From Carpediemonas membranifera BICM (taxonomy: Eukaryota; Protista; Fornicata): a DNA stretch of 64,000 bases. The stretch is from the NCBI GenBank assembly GCA_019828565.1, contig JAHDYR010000004.1, positions 1 to 64,000 on the forward strand, given 5' to 3'. Below the pieces are notes generated by a model. The model saw only the letters and a program-made list of their open reading frames with translations, was not told the DNA's origin and did not search any database. The position numbers and the translations under genes were made by a program. Numbering within the stretch: position 1 is the first letter of the stretch; every line of letters starts with the position of its first letter. This document shows positions 1 through 13,307 of this stretch, in pieces.

Positions 1-94
1 AAAAGTTCGTGTGTTTGTCCAGGGTGTCTCCTGGTGGCGTTTCACCGTCGAGGATGGCGTGACTCGCCGCCCACCGCGCGATGCCGCCAATCAA

Positions 95-1229
95 ATGATG
101 AGCCTCCCTTCCTCGGCCCGTGGTCGGGCCACACTGACGAGTTGCCCTGATCTGTCTCCCCGTCACAGCCACGAGCTTCGTCCCTAAGCAGCCGTGAGTG
201 CACGTGGGCGCCCCTGCTCTGCGTCGGGCAGGATGTGGTCTCTGTGGGGTGGCTGCTGAACGAGCCGTTGTTGTGCAATACCAACTGCCCCCACCGCGCT
301 CGTCGCCGGCGATGATGTGGCCTTGGGCCGAGAACGAGGCAGCCAGCATTGATCGCTGACACCTATGGTCTGCGAAGACCGTCAGGGGCCGAGTAAGATG
401 TCTCGCGTCCCACAGCTTGACGGTCGAGTCCCGACCCGAGCTGAGTATCTCCCCATGCGGCGAGACATCGAGAGTGTTGAGAGACATGTCGGTGTGCTCC
501 CTCACAGCCTCACCCCAGGTATCGGCGCGAGGGTCGTAGAGGCTAAAGTACCCGGCCCCTGTTAGTAACAACCAGGCTGGGGTCGGCGGTGTCGCCATGG
601 AGCTGTCTGATGGCGGAGGGGCCGGTGCTCACCCCCGATGGATGGCATGTGGGAGATGGAAGCACGCGAGGACAGCCGCATGCTGTGGACGTCCCGGGAG
701 ACTATCGTGCCGTCGATCAGGCCATGTAGAGGCGAGGCAGCGGCCAAAGGATTTTACCGTCTAGTGAAGCTCATCTGCGTGGCTGTGGGCGTGTTCATGA
801 AGCTCTGCTCGTACCCGCCCCGCTGCCCGAGCACGGTCGCCACGCCCATGACGGAGCCGGCAGTCATCGCCTTGGAAAGGGCGTTCGAGCGCTTCCCGCC
901 GAACACAAGGCCTGACGCCTCGTAGAGGAGGTCTCGGCTCTTCCCGCCGGGGGTGTGTCCAAGGTACCGCTTGAACCCAGAGGAGAGCTTCTCGTCGGGG
1001 GTCTCCCTCCGCGGCAGTGGTGCTCGCCGCACGCTCGAGAATGGACCGCCTGAGCAACGCGTCCTTGTTCTCGTACTCCTTCAGCCTCTTGTCGAGCTCC
1101 TCTCGCGCTCAGTGGCTTCCCTTTAACCTGCGAAGGGATGAAGCCCCTCGACTCCAGCTGGAGCATGAAGCGGCGCTGCTGTATTGGACTGGCGTACTTC
1201 CATAGTGAGTCGGGCAGCCTCTCGCCCAT
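95..1229 (-). CDS. Diverged WD40-repeat protein 'W', copy 1 (frameshifted; 3' end uncertain)
   Basis: ATG at 1229 follows an AT-rich spacer (MGERLPDSLWKY...). Joined frames give ELDKRLKEYENKDALL... and WD blades such as GEILSSGRDSTVKLWDARHL, read from cleaner copies at 29145-29852 and 39400-40140. Confidence 0.6.
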
Positions 1230-1259
1230 AATAAAATAAATGCGATGGAATAAATATAA

Positions 1260-2575
1260 AAAGCGTCTCGAGCGTCCTGTTCTTGCCGCCCCCCGACGCC
1301 CCCGCCTGTCCCTCCATATGCCCACGAGCATCCCCCGGCTATAGCGTACCTTGCCCGCCTCTTCCGTTCGACCCAGGCCCTCCAATGCCGCTGGATCATT
1401 CTCACAGTCGAGTCGAGAGTCAGGTCGCCCCCTTGGCCGGTGGCCATACGCCGGAGACTCTCCCTCGTGTCCAGTCTGGGGCCACTGGGGGAGAGCGAGG
1501 TGACCTGGAAGTCCCGACCCCTGCAGAGGTTTCACAGTGAGGTTGGGCGGGTCGTCTCGCTGCCCACCAATGTATGAAAGCGACCCGATGGCCTGGCGGT
1601 GGGCCTTCGCTGCGTCCATGGACTCACGCAGCGCTGCTCCTTCCTCGGCCCGAGCTTGCGGACCTGCCGGGCGAGCGTGTTGGTGTACCCGACAATTCCG
1701 GTGCGTCTGCGGCCCCTTCACGTGGGGGTAGGCGGAGCAGTGCGCGCTCTCCAAGGCTTCCATGCGCTCCTTTGTCCGCTGCGTGGCCGTAATCTGCGCC
1801 GTAGTGATTTCTAGCACCTTCGCTGACCTGAACGCCTCGATCGAGCTTGCTGCGTCCACCAGGAAATTGCTGCCCGACCCGCATGTGACCACATACGGTG
1901 TGGGCGATACCACTGCCTTCAGCTCCACTGATAACGCGTGTTTGAGAACTATAGTCCGCTTCATCGTGCGCACGTGCTTCACCTCGACGCGATGTGACCT
2001 CATGAACCTGGCACGATCCCCGGCTGCATTCTTGATCTCATCCGCGCATTCTGAGAGAGTCTCATCCCTGTGCTGCCCCGTTCTCGGTGTGGCCATCAAG
2101 TTACTAATCGAGGTGTCGTCGTCTTCTCATCAATCTCGCCGACGCCCCCCAGCCCTGAACAGTGGCAGCGTAGGGATGTCTGAGCGGCGCCTGGCATGCT
2201 GTCTTGACCCTGGACCGGACGGTATTCTGCTCCGACTCTCTTGCCAAACTGCGCGGAGAGCTCATCAATGGGTGGAAGAGTGAGGGCTGCTCGGGGCGTG
2301 ATCGTCGGAGACGAGGAGGACTTCCCTATAGACCGCGGGAAGCGCTGCGGGGTCGGGTTGAGGGACGACATGGCGTCGTTGTCGGCTCTGAGGCGGGATC
2401 GGGTGGCCAGGCGGATCTTGCGCATGCTGAGCGTGTTAACGATGCTTGTGAACTCCTGTCACAGGTAGTACTCGCTGCTGTCTGAACAGGAGCCGCTGGC
2501 GTCGACGGCGATGCTAAGGCGGAGTCGACTTGTACTGGGAGTCGATTGAGCGTATCCCCAAGCCGGTATTGACAT
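1260..2575 (-). CDS. Hypothetical protein with C-terminal IQ (calmodulin-binding)-like motif, copy 1 (frameshifted)
   Basis: Overlapping ORF pieces 2096-2425, 864-2099 and 1109-1447; IQ-like motif VRMIQRHWRAWVERKRR. Boundaries approximate. Confidence 0.5.
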
Positions 2576-2603
2576 CTCTTGCACATATACACACGTATAA
2601 ACA

Positions 2604-4026
2604 CTACACCAACTCCTCTGTGTGCGCCGTGGCCGGGAACGCGGCGCCGCTGTTGGGGTAACCTGCGAAGAAATCGGCCAGATTAGACCGCCATCCATGG
2701 TCAAACTGGTTGTGCCAGACGCCATTCTCGTATCTGATGTAGTCATATCGCATCCAATTGATTGCCTCATTAGTCGTCAGATTTGTCAAAAATATTCTTG
2801 ACCTGCTGATGGAACAAACGATAAACGAAAGGCAACGTGGCCCCAGCGATGGCAGCCATGACCACCGTCCCTGATCTGAGCACCGCAATCCTCCACAGCT
2901 TTGCCCACAGACTGCCTTCGAGTCCGCCGACGTGGCAGACAACCATAGTCAAGGGAAGAACAGTCGTGACCGCAAGCGCGACCATGGTGGCAAGTAGCAT
3001 TGCCATAAACTGCCGGATATTACCCGCACCGATGCAGCAGTTTGTCCAGACGCAGTGGTGGTCGTGCCGCCTGATACACACGTCGCACGAACGGCAGTGC
3101 TTTGCTGCGGAGGGGCTTTCTGACGTGGTAGGACTCGCAGATCGGCTGCTCCTTCGTGTAGTCGATCTTTGAGTGTGGGTCGTCGTTGGTGATAACGCCG
3201 GGGTTCGCCTCGATTGGTGATTACTAGAAGAACGAGGGCTGCTACGGTGGGCAAAACCGCGAATATAAACACGTAAATGGGGTGGGGTGAGGGTATAACC
3301 CCGAAAAAGGAACGTCGTGACGATCGCCGCGACAAGGCCAGCGAAGTACACCAGCAAGCCGACCGGGGCACGCCTCACACGATGCCACCAGGCCGTCTGC
3401 CCCTCTTCGAATACCGTACACAAGGCCCTGGAGCTGCTTTGCCTCAGCAAGTCTTGCGGGCGTGGCACCGTCCAGGTCTAGTGGTTCGAGCGCCACGCCC
3501 CGGCCCACGAGGAAGACCACGTTCTCGTAGTTCCCGCCCATGACCGCTGCGTGGAGAGGGGTCCGCTTCCTAGCGTCAGTGGCCTCTAGGTCGGCGCCGT
3601 GTGTTGCCAGGAGCCGCACAAGATGGGGCGACCCCTGCTCGCACGCCCAGTGGAGCGGGGTGCGGCCCTGGGCGTCCCTGGAGTTGATGTCTGCGCCTCT
3701 AGTGACCAAGAGGCCGGCGGTGACCGGGTAGTCGCCCTGGATGGCCAGGTGGAGGGGGGTGAGGGCGTTGGCTTCTTTCTCCTCAATGTGCAGGGCGCCA
3801 ACTGGGTCGGAGAGCAGGAAGTCCACTACTGCTGCGTGGCCTTGCTGGGCTGCGCGTGCTAGGGGCGTCATTTGCGCTGAATCCTTCGACATTCTTTCTC
3901 GCCCGCATCGATAAGCTTCTGCACGCGGGCAAGATCGCCGTTCCAGCACGCCCAGTGCATTGATGTCTCTGTATTGCTATTCACCTCATCGTTAACCACA
4001 GCGTTCTGCCGTGGTGCCTCGTCCAT
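2604..4026 (-). CDS. Ankyrin-repeat DHHC palmitoyltransferase (Akr1/ZDHHC13-17 type), copy 1 (frameshifted)
   Basis: Ankyrin repeats ([18 protein letters not shown]); [25 protein letters not shown]; C-terminal NLTTNE and [15 protein letters not shown] motifs. Confidence 0.85.
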
Positions 4027-4394
4027 CGTCGACGCGCCCGTTCTTCGTGTCAACTCGGCCGAGTCAGCAACGGTGGCATGCAGCGCCGACGCAGCGAGGG
4101 CGCTATCTTGAGTGCCGGCCCGACATCTCCACCCTCGGCTCCTGAATGATGGTCCAAAAACAGTGTACTGTGTTGTCATGACACCGATCGTACCTGTTGA
4201 CAGCCGATGGAAGCGATGACTCAATGCGACCATGTGGTGGTGTGCTTGGGTGGCCGAGTCCCGGTTGACAGGCGCACATTTGCTGTGGCCTTCGAGTTGA
4301 TGGCTCAGAAGCGCTTCAACGTGTTCCAAGCTTATGAGTGACGGAGGAGGCCTGGCGATGGGTCGGGGCGGGTGTAAATGCTGAGCCAATCTCT

Positions 4395-7300
4395 TTACCT
4401 ATACATGTCGTTCAGCGTGCGCAGGCCCGGGGCGCTGGGCGCGTTCGTGCGGTATGTCGCGGTGACCGTGCCCATCGCGGCGAGCGCGGCTGCTCTCTCG
4501 TCTTCGGACAGCGTCATCCAGGGCGCGCTGGCGTTCGCGAAGGTGTCGACCTCGTGGTTGCGCACGGCGCTCTCCGTGTACATCTCGGTCGCGACGCTGT
4601 CGGGCAGCGCGGCGACGACTTCCGCGAAGGTGGGGCGGTCGCGCGGGTCGGGCGCCACGCAGCGGCGGATCAGCTCGCCCACGGCCGCCGGCGTGCCCGC
4701 GGGGGTCATCGGCCGGTAGCCAGCCCGCACGTGCGCGCGGATGGTGTCGAGCCCGAGGCGCTCCTGGCGGTACGGGATGTCGCGCGCGGCGATCTCCCAG
4801 AGCGTGATGCCGAAGGCGAAGACGTCGGCCTTCTCGCCGCCCACGCCGTCGAAGCGCTCGGGCGCCATCCACGGCCACGAGCCCTCGACGTCCGCCACGC
4901 GCTGGTCGAGCCGCGCGGTCAGCCCAAAGTCGCTGATCTTGGCCTTCTTGTTCGCGACGAGGATGTTGAGCGACTTGAGGTCCCTGTGCTCGTAGCCCTC
5001 GCCCGCGATGAACGCCATGGCTGCCGCGGGATGTCGCGCGCGAACTTCAGCCGCGCGTCCCAGGGCAGGTCGGTTTTCGAGAGCAGCAGCGCCGAGAGCG
5101 ACCCCGACGCGAGCTCGAGCGCGAGCCGGATCTCCCGGTCGTCCTGCTCGAGCGCGTAGAGCGCGACGACGTTGCTGCGGCGCAGCTGCTTGTGGATGAA
5201 GATCTCGCTCTGGAGTCGGTCGGCCTGCACCGCGTTCAGGTCGGCCCGCGCGACGACCTTGACGGCGCAGTCGGTGCCGCCGTACGTGCCGCGGAAGACG
5301 GCCGCCATGCCGCCCTCGCCGATGCGGTCGGCCTGGCTGAACGCGATGCTGCCCGCCGGCTTCGTGATGTCCGCGTTGAGGTCGGGCTGCACGAGCGGCT
5401 CGGGCGTCTGGTCCTGGATCAGGAGATACTGCAGGTTGCTGCCCTTCTTGACTGTCTGCGCAGCCGTCTTGCCCTTGTACGTCGCGGCCCGGTCGGCGCC
5501 GTGCTTCAGCAGCAGGCTGACGATGTCGAAGTTGCCCGCCTTGACGGCAGCGAAGAGCGGCGGCATCTTGCCGTCCACGCCGTTCGCGGACACGCCCGCC
5601 ACGAGCAGGCGCTTCACGGCAGCGGTGTCGCCCTGCGTGATGTCGTCGCTGAGCTGCTTCGTCAGGGCGTCGTTGATGGCGGCCCGGATCACGCCGGCCA
5701 TGAGCGGGTCGGCCACGCCCTTGACGGCCTGCAGCGCGTTGACGCCGACCGGCGGGAGGAGGGGTCGAGCGCCGCGGGCGAGCAGCTTCGTCGCGGAGTC
5801 CCAGTGGCCGCCCTGGATGGCGACCACGAGCGCAGTCGTGTTCCGGCTGACGGTGTCGATGTCAACCCTCGCGGCCAGCATCGCGGCCAGCATCGGCGGC
5901 TTGGCGACGGCGGCCAGCAGCGGGTGGCCGTCCGGGAAGGCGTCGTCGAGCAGGCAGCCGGCCTTGAGCAGCGCCGCGAAGGCCTGCGGCTGGTCGTGCA
6001 CGAACGCGCTGTGCAGCGGCGACCGACCCTCGCGGTCGAGGCAGTTGAGGACGACGGGGCCGAACTTGACACTCCGGAGCAGCGTCTTCGAGCGCATCTT
6101 GGCGACGTCGCCGCTGATGATGTGCGCGTGGAGCTCGTCGCTCCTCTCCAGCGCTCTTCCTTGACGCGGCCCCTGAGCGCGGGCATCGGGTCCTTGGCGA
6201 GCGCCTGCACGGGCTGGAGGCGGGCGAGGTCGGTCCTCAGCGCGAGCACTCGCGCCTCGTGCTGCTCCGCGTGCGGGCCGGCGGCGGCCAGCAGGCGCTT
6301 GGCGTCGCTCAGAGCCGCGGCCACGCACAGCGCTCGTCAACGGCGTCGAGAGCACGTGTTTCAGTCAACAGTTTCTGCATCACGAGGTGGCGGTTGAGTA
6401 GCTCGAGAAGGGCTTCAACATCGGCGGCTTGGCTCGACGTGAATCCGGTAGGACCAAGAGAGACGGTGTATTCGGGGTGGGCCAGCCTCATCTCAAAAAG
6501 AGCGGGGCAGGCCCGTGGCGAGGATGTGGATGACGACCCGCGCCAGGTCGGCGAGGTAGAGGGGCGAGTCGTCGGACGGCAGGCGGATGTCGGCGCCGAG
6601 TGTGGGTCGGGCGCAGACCTCCTCGATCTCTGGCGAGTGCTTGATATGCCACTGCTTGACGGTCTTGTCGGAAGATCCAGAGAGCAGGGTCGACCCGTCT
6701 GGGGAGAATGCGACGCTCCACACCTTATCGGCATGACCCCTGAGCGTCTCGAAGCACTCGCCGCCGTCGATGCCCAGAGCTTGGTGGTGTTGTCCCATGA
6801 TCCAGAGACGATGGTCTTGCCGTCGGGGGAGATGGCGACGGTGGTGAGATAACTCGTGTGGCCCTCCAGAGTCTGCTCGAGTCTGCCCGACTCAGCGTCC
6901 CACACCTTGATCGTGTCATCAGACGATCCAGAGACGATGGTCTTGCCGTCAGGGGAGATGGCGACGGAGAGCACCCAATCTGAGTGCCCTTCCATCGTCC
7001 TGCACGCGCCGGTGGCGACGTCCCACGTCCTGACTGTCTTGTCATCGGATCCGGACACCAGCGTCTTGCCGTCTCGGGAGAAGGCGAGGCTGTTCACAAC
7101 ATCGGTGTGCCCCTCGAGCGTCTTGACGAGTCTGCCGGTCTGGTCCCACAGCTTGATCTTGCGGTCATCACCGCCCGAGGCGATGGTCGACCCGTCCGGG
7201 GAGACGGCGATGCACAAAACTTCCCCGCCATGCTCCATCGTCGTCGTGCACACGCCGCGCTTGCCCCACAGCTTGGTCGTCCCATCCCATGACCCAGTGA

Positions 7301-8926
7301 CCATGGCGCCGTCGGGGAGGAAGGCGACTCTGAGCACGTCATCGGTGTGACCCTTCATCGTCTGGATGCACTCAGCCATCCTCGCATGCCAGGCAGCGAG
7401 CAGATCGTCGACGGCGCTGTCGGGCTTGTCGGCGGCCAGCTTGCCATACCTCATCGTGACAGTGAGGTCGGGCTCAGTCAGCCTCATGCTGAACTCTCGG
7501 GGCCGCGCCGAGAGGTGGTCGAGGACGCGGGTGAGGTCGGCGACGGTGCCCTCGAGGCGGACGATGGCCGCGGCCGGGACAGGCTCGGCGAGGGTCTGGT
7601 CGAGGGCGGTGAGCTCGGGAGAGCGACCAAGGGACCACTACTTGGCGGTTTTGTCGTCAGATCCAGAGAGCAGGGTCGACCCGTCCGGGGAGAAGGCGAC
7701 GCAGCGCACCTAATCGTCATGGCCCCCTGAGCGTCTCGGAAGCACTCGCCGCTAGCGATGCTCCAGAGCTTGATGGTGTTGTCCCAAGACCCAGAGGCGA
7801 GGGTCCTGCCGTCGGGCGAGAAGGCGACGCTGCGGACAAAGCTCGCGTGCCCCCTGAGGACGGCGACGCACTCCCAGGTCCTGGTGTCCCAGAGTCTGAT
7901 GGTGTGGTCGCCAGACCCAGAGGCCAGCAGAGCGCCGTTCGGGGAGATGGCGACGGCGGCGACAGAATTCGTGTGGCTCCTCCAGAGTCTGCTCGAGTCT
8001 GCCCGACTCAGCGACCCACACCTTGATTGTCTTGTCCTTTGATCCAGAGACGATGGTCTTGCCGTCAGGGGAGATGGCGACGGAGAGCACCAAATCTGAG
8101 TGCCCTTCCATCGTCCTGCACACGCCGGTGGCGACGTCCCACGTCCTGACTGTGTTGTCATATGATCCGGACACCAGCGTCTTGCCGTCTGAGGAGAAAC
8201 CGACGCTTCTCACATCCCTGGTGTGCCCCTCGAGCGTCTTGACGAGTCTGCCGCGCCTCCACAGCTTGATCTTGCGGTCAGTCCCGCCCGATGCGATGGT
8301 TGACCCGTCCGGGGAGACGGCGATGCACCGAACAGCCCCGCTATGCTTCATCGTCGTTCTTGCACACGCCGCGCTTGTCCCACAGCTTGGTCGTCCCATC
8401 CCATGACCCAGTGACCATGGCGCCGTCGGGGGAGGAAGGCGACGCTGATCACCCAGTTGGTGTGACCCTTCATCGTCTGGATGCACTCAGCCATCCTCGC
8501 ATTCCAGGCAGCGAGCAGGTCGTCGACGGCGCTGTCGGGCTTGTCGGCGGCCAGCTTGCCATACCTCATCGTGACAGTGAGGTCGGGCTCAGTCAGCCTC
8601 ATGCTGAACTCTCTGGGCCGCGTCGAGAGGTGGTCGAGGACGCGGGTGAGGTCTGTAGCGGTGAGGGGCGAGGATCCGATGGGATTGAGGTGGAGCTTGC
8701 TATCTGGGGCGAAGATGCGCGTCGTGGCGTCGCTGATCATGTCCTCTACTGCTCTGCACTCGCTGCTGCGTGAGATTCTCGGGGAGGACGCACCATTGCT
8801 CAGATCTACTGCGTAAGCGCTCTTGAACTCGCCGCGGGCTGCATCTCTGCACCAACGGGATTGGGAACGTACCAGCTGCGTAAGTGGGAGGCGTGGAACG
8901 AACTTTCTGCATCGTCGCCGATTCAT
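4395..8926 (-). CDS. WD40-array receptor-like gene A: leader + 2 WD40 propellers (second lacks about one blade) + connector + ankyrin repeats + TKL-type kinase; several indels and one in-frame TAG at ~7711
   Basis: ORF fragments 8348-9190, 7752-8486, 6309-7487, 4919-6355 and 4395-5018 are colinear with intact copies C and E. Kinase motifs GEGGMA, AVK, HRDLKSLN, DFG, MAPE. Confidence 0.85.
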
Positions 8927-9324
8927 CCTCGCTGAATTTGGATGGTGTTTGCGACTTTGAGCAGTCCGACATCGTGACGTCCCAAAAAGTTCGTGTTTGT
9001 CCAGGTGTTCTCGGTGGCAGCCATCGTCGAGATGGCGTGACTCGCCGCCCACTGCGGGGTGATGCCGCCAATCAAATGATGAGCCTCCTTCCTCGGCCAG
9101 ATCGCACGAGGCCAAGCACCCACCCCACGCAAGCGATAAGATCACGAGTCTGGCAGAAAAATGACGAGTGGTAGATACATGATGCTGCATGGCCCCCTTT
9201 GCGGCGGCAGGTCAATACCACATGTTCGCGAGTGCGGGAGGCACGCATCGGACACGGCTGTCAGGGGAGTGTAGTTTATGGTAAGATAGACGCTGTCGAG
9301 GGCAGTATAACCTGCTCCTGGGTC

Positions 9325-9768
9325 TCACCGGCTGGCGGTCTTGCCCGCTCGCTTGATGGCCTTGCGCATGGCATCAATATGGGACGCGTTCTTCTGAATA
9401 TCGGGCATGTTGGCCTTTCCCACAAGCGCAGAGAGTGTTGGGGTGCGCGTCATCACTGGAGAAGGCGGCTCGTCGTTTCGCTCAAGGGCAATTAGAGGCG
9501 TGGCGCTCTGAAGAACGAGATTGTTAGCGCCTACTTTCGACTTTCTGACCTTAGGAGTGAACGTATCGACCAATGTTTTTCTTGTGTTCAATGATTGCTT
9601 TGTCCGTATGGCCTTCATTCTCTTCTCTGAGGAGCTGTATTGCGATCTTCTTTCGAGTAAGCTTTGTCGGGCCCCTTGCTGCCAGGATTCTTCCTTATCG
9701 GCGAAGCTTTTGCTTCGTAGAACAGGAGTTTGGAGCACCTTAGCCTCTTTCTTTGCCGCTTTGACCAT
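9325..9768 (-). CDS. Hypothetical basic protein (may extend 5' to ~9872)
   Basis: 147-aa K/R/S-rich ORF lying divergent to the coiled-coil gene; no recognisable domain. Confidence 0.45.
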   Translation of the reverse strand: MVKAAKKEAKVLQTPVLRSKSFADKEESWQQGARQSLLERRSQYSSSEKRMKAIRTKQSLNTRKTLVDTFTPKVRKSKVGANNLVLQSATPLIALERNDEPPSPVMTRTPTLSALVGKANMPDIQKNASHIDAMRKAIKRAGKTASR

Positions 9769-9934
9769 TCAGCAGTGAGATTTGGGAAAAATTTGATCAG
9801 ACAGATCCAAGAATTCCGACCTGAGTTGAGACACTGCATGCGACGCCATCGCAGACACCTCACCTGCGCCACGTGGGTTCAGACCCTCGAGATTTAGTGA
9901 TCACTTCATTTTAGACAACGAGGCTTCATCCACC

Positions 9935-11925
9935 ATGGACCAGGATCTCTCTTCGGAGGAGAAAATTGAGAGAACGATCACGGCCAAGTATCTCAGCGAA
10001 GAGCTGGTGAAGACACAGGCACGTCTCCAGCAGCAGCAGACGTTCTACGTCGAGATCCAGGAGTCCCTCGAGCACCGCCTCGCCAAGAAGGAAAAGGAGC
10101 TTGCAGACGTTCAGGCTAAGCTTGCTCGCGAGCGGGAGGAGAATGAGAAGAATCTGGAAACCCTAGAGGCGTCGTCGACCCAATTCCGCGCCGAGGCTTC
10201 CGCTGCTCAGAGCAGGCTGGCCAGCGAGAGTTCAAAAGGTGAACGAGTTGCAGCAGCAAGTTGATGGGCTAGCGAAGGCCCGTGATGAGCTTCAGCGCGA
10301 GACGCAGCGCCGAATCACCACACTCGAAAGCGCGCTTGAAGTCTCCCAAAAAGGACGCCGCCACCCGTATCGGAAAGCTCAAGGGCGAGCTCGAAGCAGC
10401 CCACAACGCCTGTCATGCAGCGAAGGTAGAGCTTCACGCCGCTACTACCACTATTGAGATGCTCCAGAAGCGCGCTCGGACGGTCGAGACGGAGCACACC
10501 AAGGAGATCGACGAGCTCCGCACGGCCCTCCAACACAGCAGCGCAGACGCCCAGACTCGGCTTGAAAACGCCAACGGCCGCCTGACCGAGACGGAGGAGT
10601 CATACAGGGCCGAACTCAAGCGTGTCGTCGTGGAGAAGAAGGGCTTGGAAGTCGAGGCAGCCAAGGTTCCCAGGCTCGAGGCGCGTGTCCAGGAGCTGAA
10701 CCAGAGCCTGGTCGACGCGGCCACACGCGTGAGACAGATGGAAGCTCAGTTCTCTAAGGCCGAGCTGAGCAGCGAACACGCCATTGACGAAGTCAAGAAC
10801 AAGTACTCGGCAAGAATAGAGGAGCTCTCCACAGCGCTCAGGGACGCCAGGATTGAGATGGACGACGTCAGGGCGACTCAAACATCAGGATCGGCTCGGC
10901 TAGAGGCTGAGCAGAGCGAGCGGCAGCGGATCGAGAAGAAGTACTTCGAAGCACGCGAGACTATCGATGAGATGCAGGCGGTGATCGACGAGATCCCCCG
11001 CCGTATCTCAGATGCGAGGGATGAATCTATTTCGATGGCCCAGCACACGATCACTGAACTGAGGGAGACTCAAGCCCGACTCGAGGCCGACAAGCAGGCC
11101 ATAGAGCTCGAGTACAACCGGCTCAGGCGACAGACCGAGGTCCACCCAGCCAACCCCGTCGTGCTCGACCAGCTTCGTGCTCAGCTCGACGAGTGTGAGA
11201 AGAGCCTCAGTGCAGCGAGGGCGGAGGCGGATAAGAACCGGACGGAGCTACAGCGGAGTAGGAATGACCAGGGCAGCCTGGTTCTGGAGCTGCAGAAGAA
11301 GTTGCAGGAGGCGGTTGAGCGGGTTGATAAGATGGCCGGGGAGAAGGCGAAGATGGAAGACACCGTCCAGCGGGCCAATGAGACGGCGGAACGGAGTGCC
11401 AGCAGGGCCAAGGACGCTTCTGCCGCGCTCGAGGCGCTCAAGGTGGAATATGCGCAGCATAAGGCATCGACTAAGACCATGGAGACGGAGGTCATCCAGC
11501 TCAGGGCCGTGCTTGATGACACCAGAGCCAGGAGCAGCACACTTGAGCAGGAGCTGACCACGATGAGGCGATCCAAGAGGTCTGGAGTCAGATACGACTC
11601 TGACTACGGGAGACTGAGTCTGGACGAGTCGACCGAGTCCGAGCCATCGCCGGCGAGGGCCTCCGCCGGCCCTGTAACGGCCCCCAACATGAGCGAGCTC
11701 GCCACGCTCATCAGGGACCTCGTCAAGGAGCAGCTTGAGGAGAGCGGCGTCAGGTCTCAGCGGGCCCCGTCGGTCACCAGCGACAGGCCCCGGAAGAGCG
11801 TGTCGACCCGTCGCCCGGCCACTGCGACCGCCGGGACGGGCACCACGCGGGTGAAACGGGAAGCGCCTGGGCTGCCCAAGAAGACGGTGCGGCGGCCCAA
11901 AACCAGGACCGGTTTCGACTACTGA
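9935..11925 (+). CDS. Long coiled-coil protein (~660 aa after correcting two homopolymer indels)
   Basis: E/K/R/Q/L-rich heptad pattern across ORFs 9935-10264, 10239-10457 and 10282-11925. The partial copy at 46374-47110 lacks both of these frameshifts. TGTAAA lies 28 nt after the stop. Confidence 0.8.
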
Positions 11926-12200
11926 GGGCAAGGTTGTGATATATGGTAGCGTTGTAAATGATCTTAGTCGCAATCTCGCCCACCGTGAGTTCCTGTGGGT
12001 GCTCGTGCGGGCGGACGGCGGCGGGTCCTACGGCATCTTCGTCCACAACGAGAGCGGGTGGAAGCGGGTGCTCCGAGTACTTTAAATGTAGCAAGAGAAA
12101 CCAATTTGCGCTTATTCTGGCTTTTCCTCGGATTTACGTTTGTTATGTTGTCTCATGAAAATCAGATGATCATCATAGCAAAAACGACCCTCATAGAACA

Positions 12201-13037
12201 ATGACTGAAGATATGCAGTTTGTTTCGCAGTATGGCGATTATACAGGTACGAAGCAGGTCTTGACCTTGTTCGCCGTCTCGCTCCTACCAAAATCCCGGA
12301 GCTGGTCGGCCATCTGTGCAGCCTTTGCCCGGATCTTACCGACGATTGGCTTACATCCATCGATCAGCCCCTCCAGGTGAAGAAGTGCGCTAAGACCGGC
12401 CGTGATTTCGTTCTCTGCGACTATAACCGCGACGCTGACAGCTACCGTTCGCCCTTCTCCAACGAGTACGAGCCTCCGCTCGAGGACGCCGTCCTTCCCC
12501 CGGACAACCTCCGCCAGCTCGAGGTTGAGGCCAACGACATCTTCGCCACCTTCACGAAGCTGTACTACGAGAGCGGCGTGTGCTCCGTCTACGCCTGGGA
12601 CCCCGCCACCGAGGACGGGGCCTTTGCCATGGGCGTATTCATCCACAAGGTCGGCGAGGGCCACCGCGGCCTGGACCAGGGTGTGTGGGACTCCATCCAC
12701 GTCTTCGAGGTCGTCCCCGAGGGCGATAAGTTCGCCTACCGCCTGACTACCACCGTGCTTCTCTCCATGAACGCCAGCGGCACCGGCCTCAAGACCCTCG
12801 CCGGCAGCTACACCCAGCAGGCGGAGAACAACCCTCAAGGCAGGCTCTGGCTGGCACGACCACGTGGTGAACATGGGCAAGATGGTCGAGACAATGGAGA
12901 ACCAGATGCGGAACAGCCTGCAGTCCGTGTACTTCGGCAAGGCCAAGGACGTCCTGGGTGAACTCCGGGATGCGGCGGGTGCCAGCCAGACCCAGCGGAT
13001 GGCCGCCCTCCAGAGCTTCCCTGGCGGCCCAGCTTAA
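12201..13037 (+). CDS. CAPZB: F-actin capping protein beta subunit; 29-nt intron at 12218-12246; one apparent indel near 12830
   Basis: Spliced N-terminus MTEDMQYEAGLDLVRRLAP...SIDQPLQ; family motifs LCDYNRDADSYRSPFSN, LRQLEVEANDIF, LYYESGVCSVYAWD, WDSIHVFEV and, in the shifted frame, HVVNMGKMVETMENQMRNSLQSVYFGK. Confidence 0.93.
12218..12246 (+). other. 29-nt spliceosomal intron (GTTTGT...TACAG)
   Basis: Removing it joins ATG 12201 in frame to the conserved capping-protein N-terminus. Confidence 0.8.
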
Positions 13038-13307
13038 GGCCAGGAACGCCGAGTAAAGATGTGTTTGTATACTGGAGGTTTATTGGGCGATTTTGAATGA
13101 TTCATTCATTTGCGGGTGAATCTATTCTTGTTCAGTCAGAAACGAGGTAGGTCGACTTCAAAAAAGTAGAAGTAGAAGAGAAGGAAGGGACAGAGACACG
13201 CTGTCAGCGCTGACCTGCTAGTTATCAAGAGATAATACAAGAGTATGAGCACTTTTCTTTGGATCAGAACTCGGGCACAGTTGCTGCCACGAGCCTGATC
13301 AACATTC

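Larger units (their letters stand above)
1..6650. repeat. Segmental duplication, copy 1 (WD40 gene + IQ gene + ankyrin-DHHC gene + kinase/ankyrin half of the WD40-kinase gene); copy 2 at ~29206-35840
   Basis: Near-identical sequence and gene order at an offset of ~29.2 kb, e.g. 421-480 matches ~29610-29670 and 4321-4400 matches ~33500-33580. Differences are mostly single-base indels plus scattered substitutions. Confidence 0.95.
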
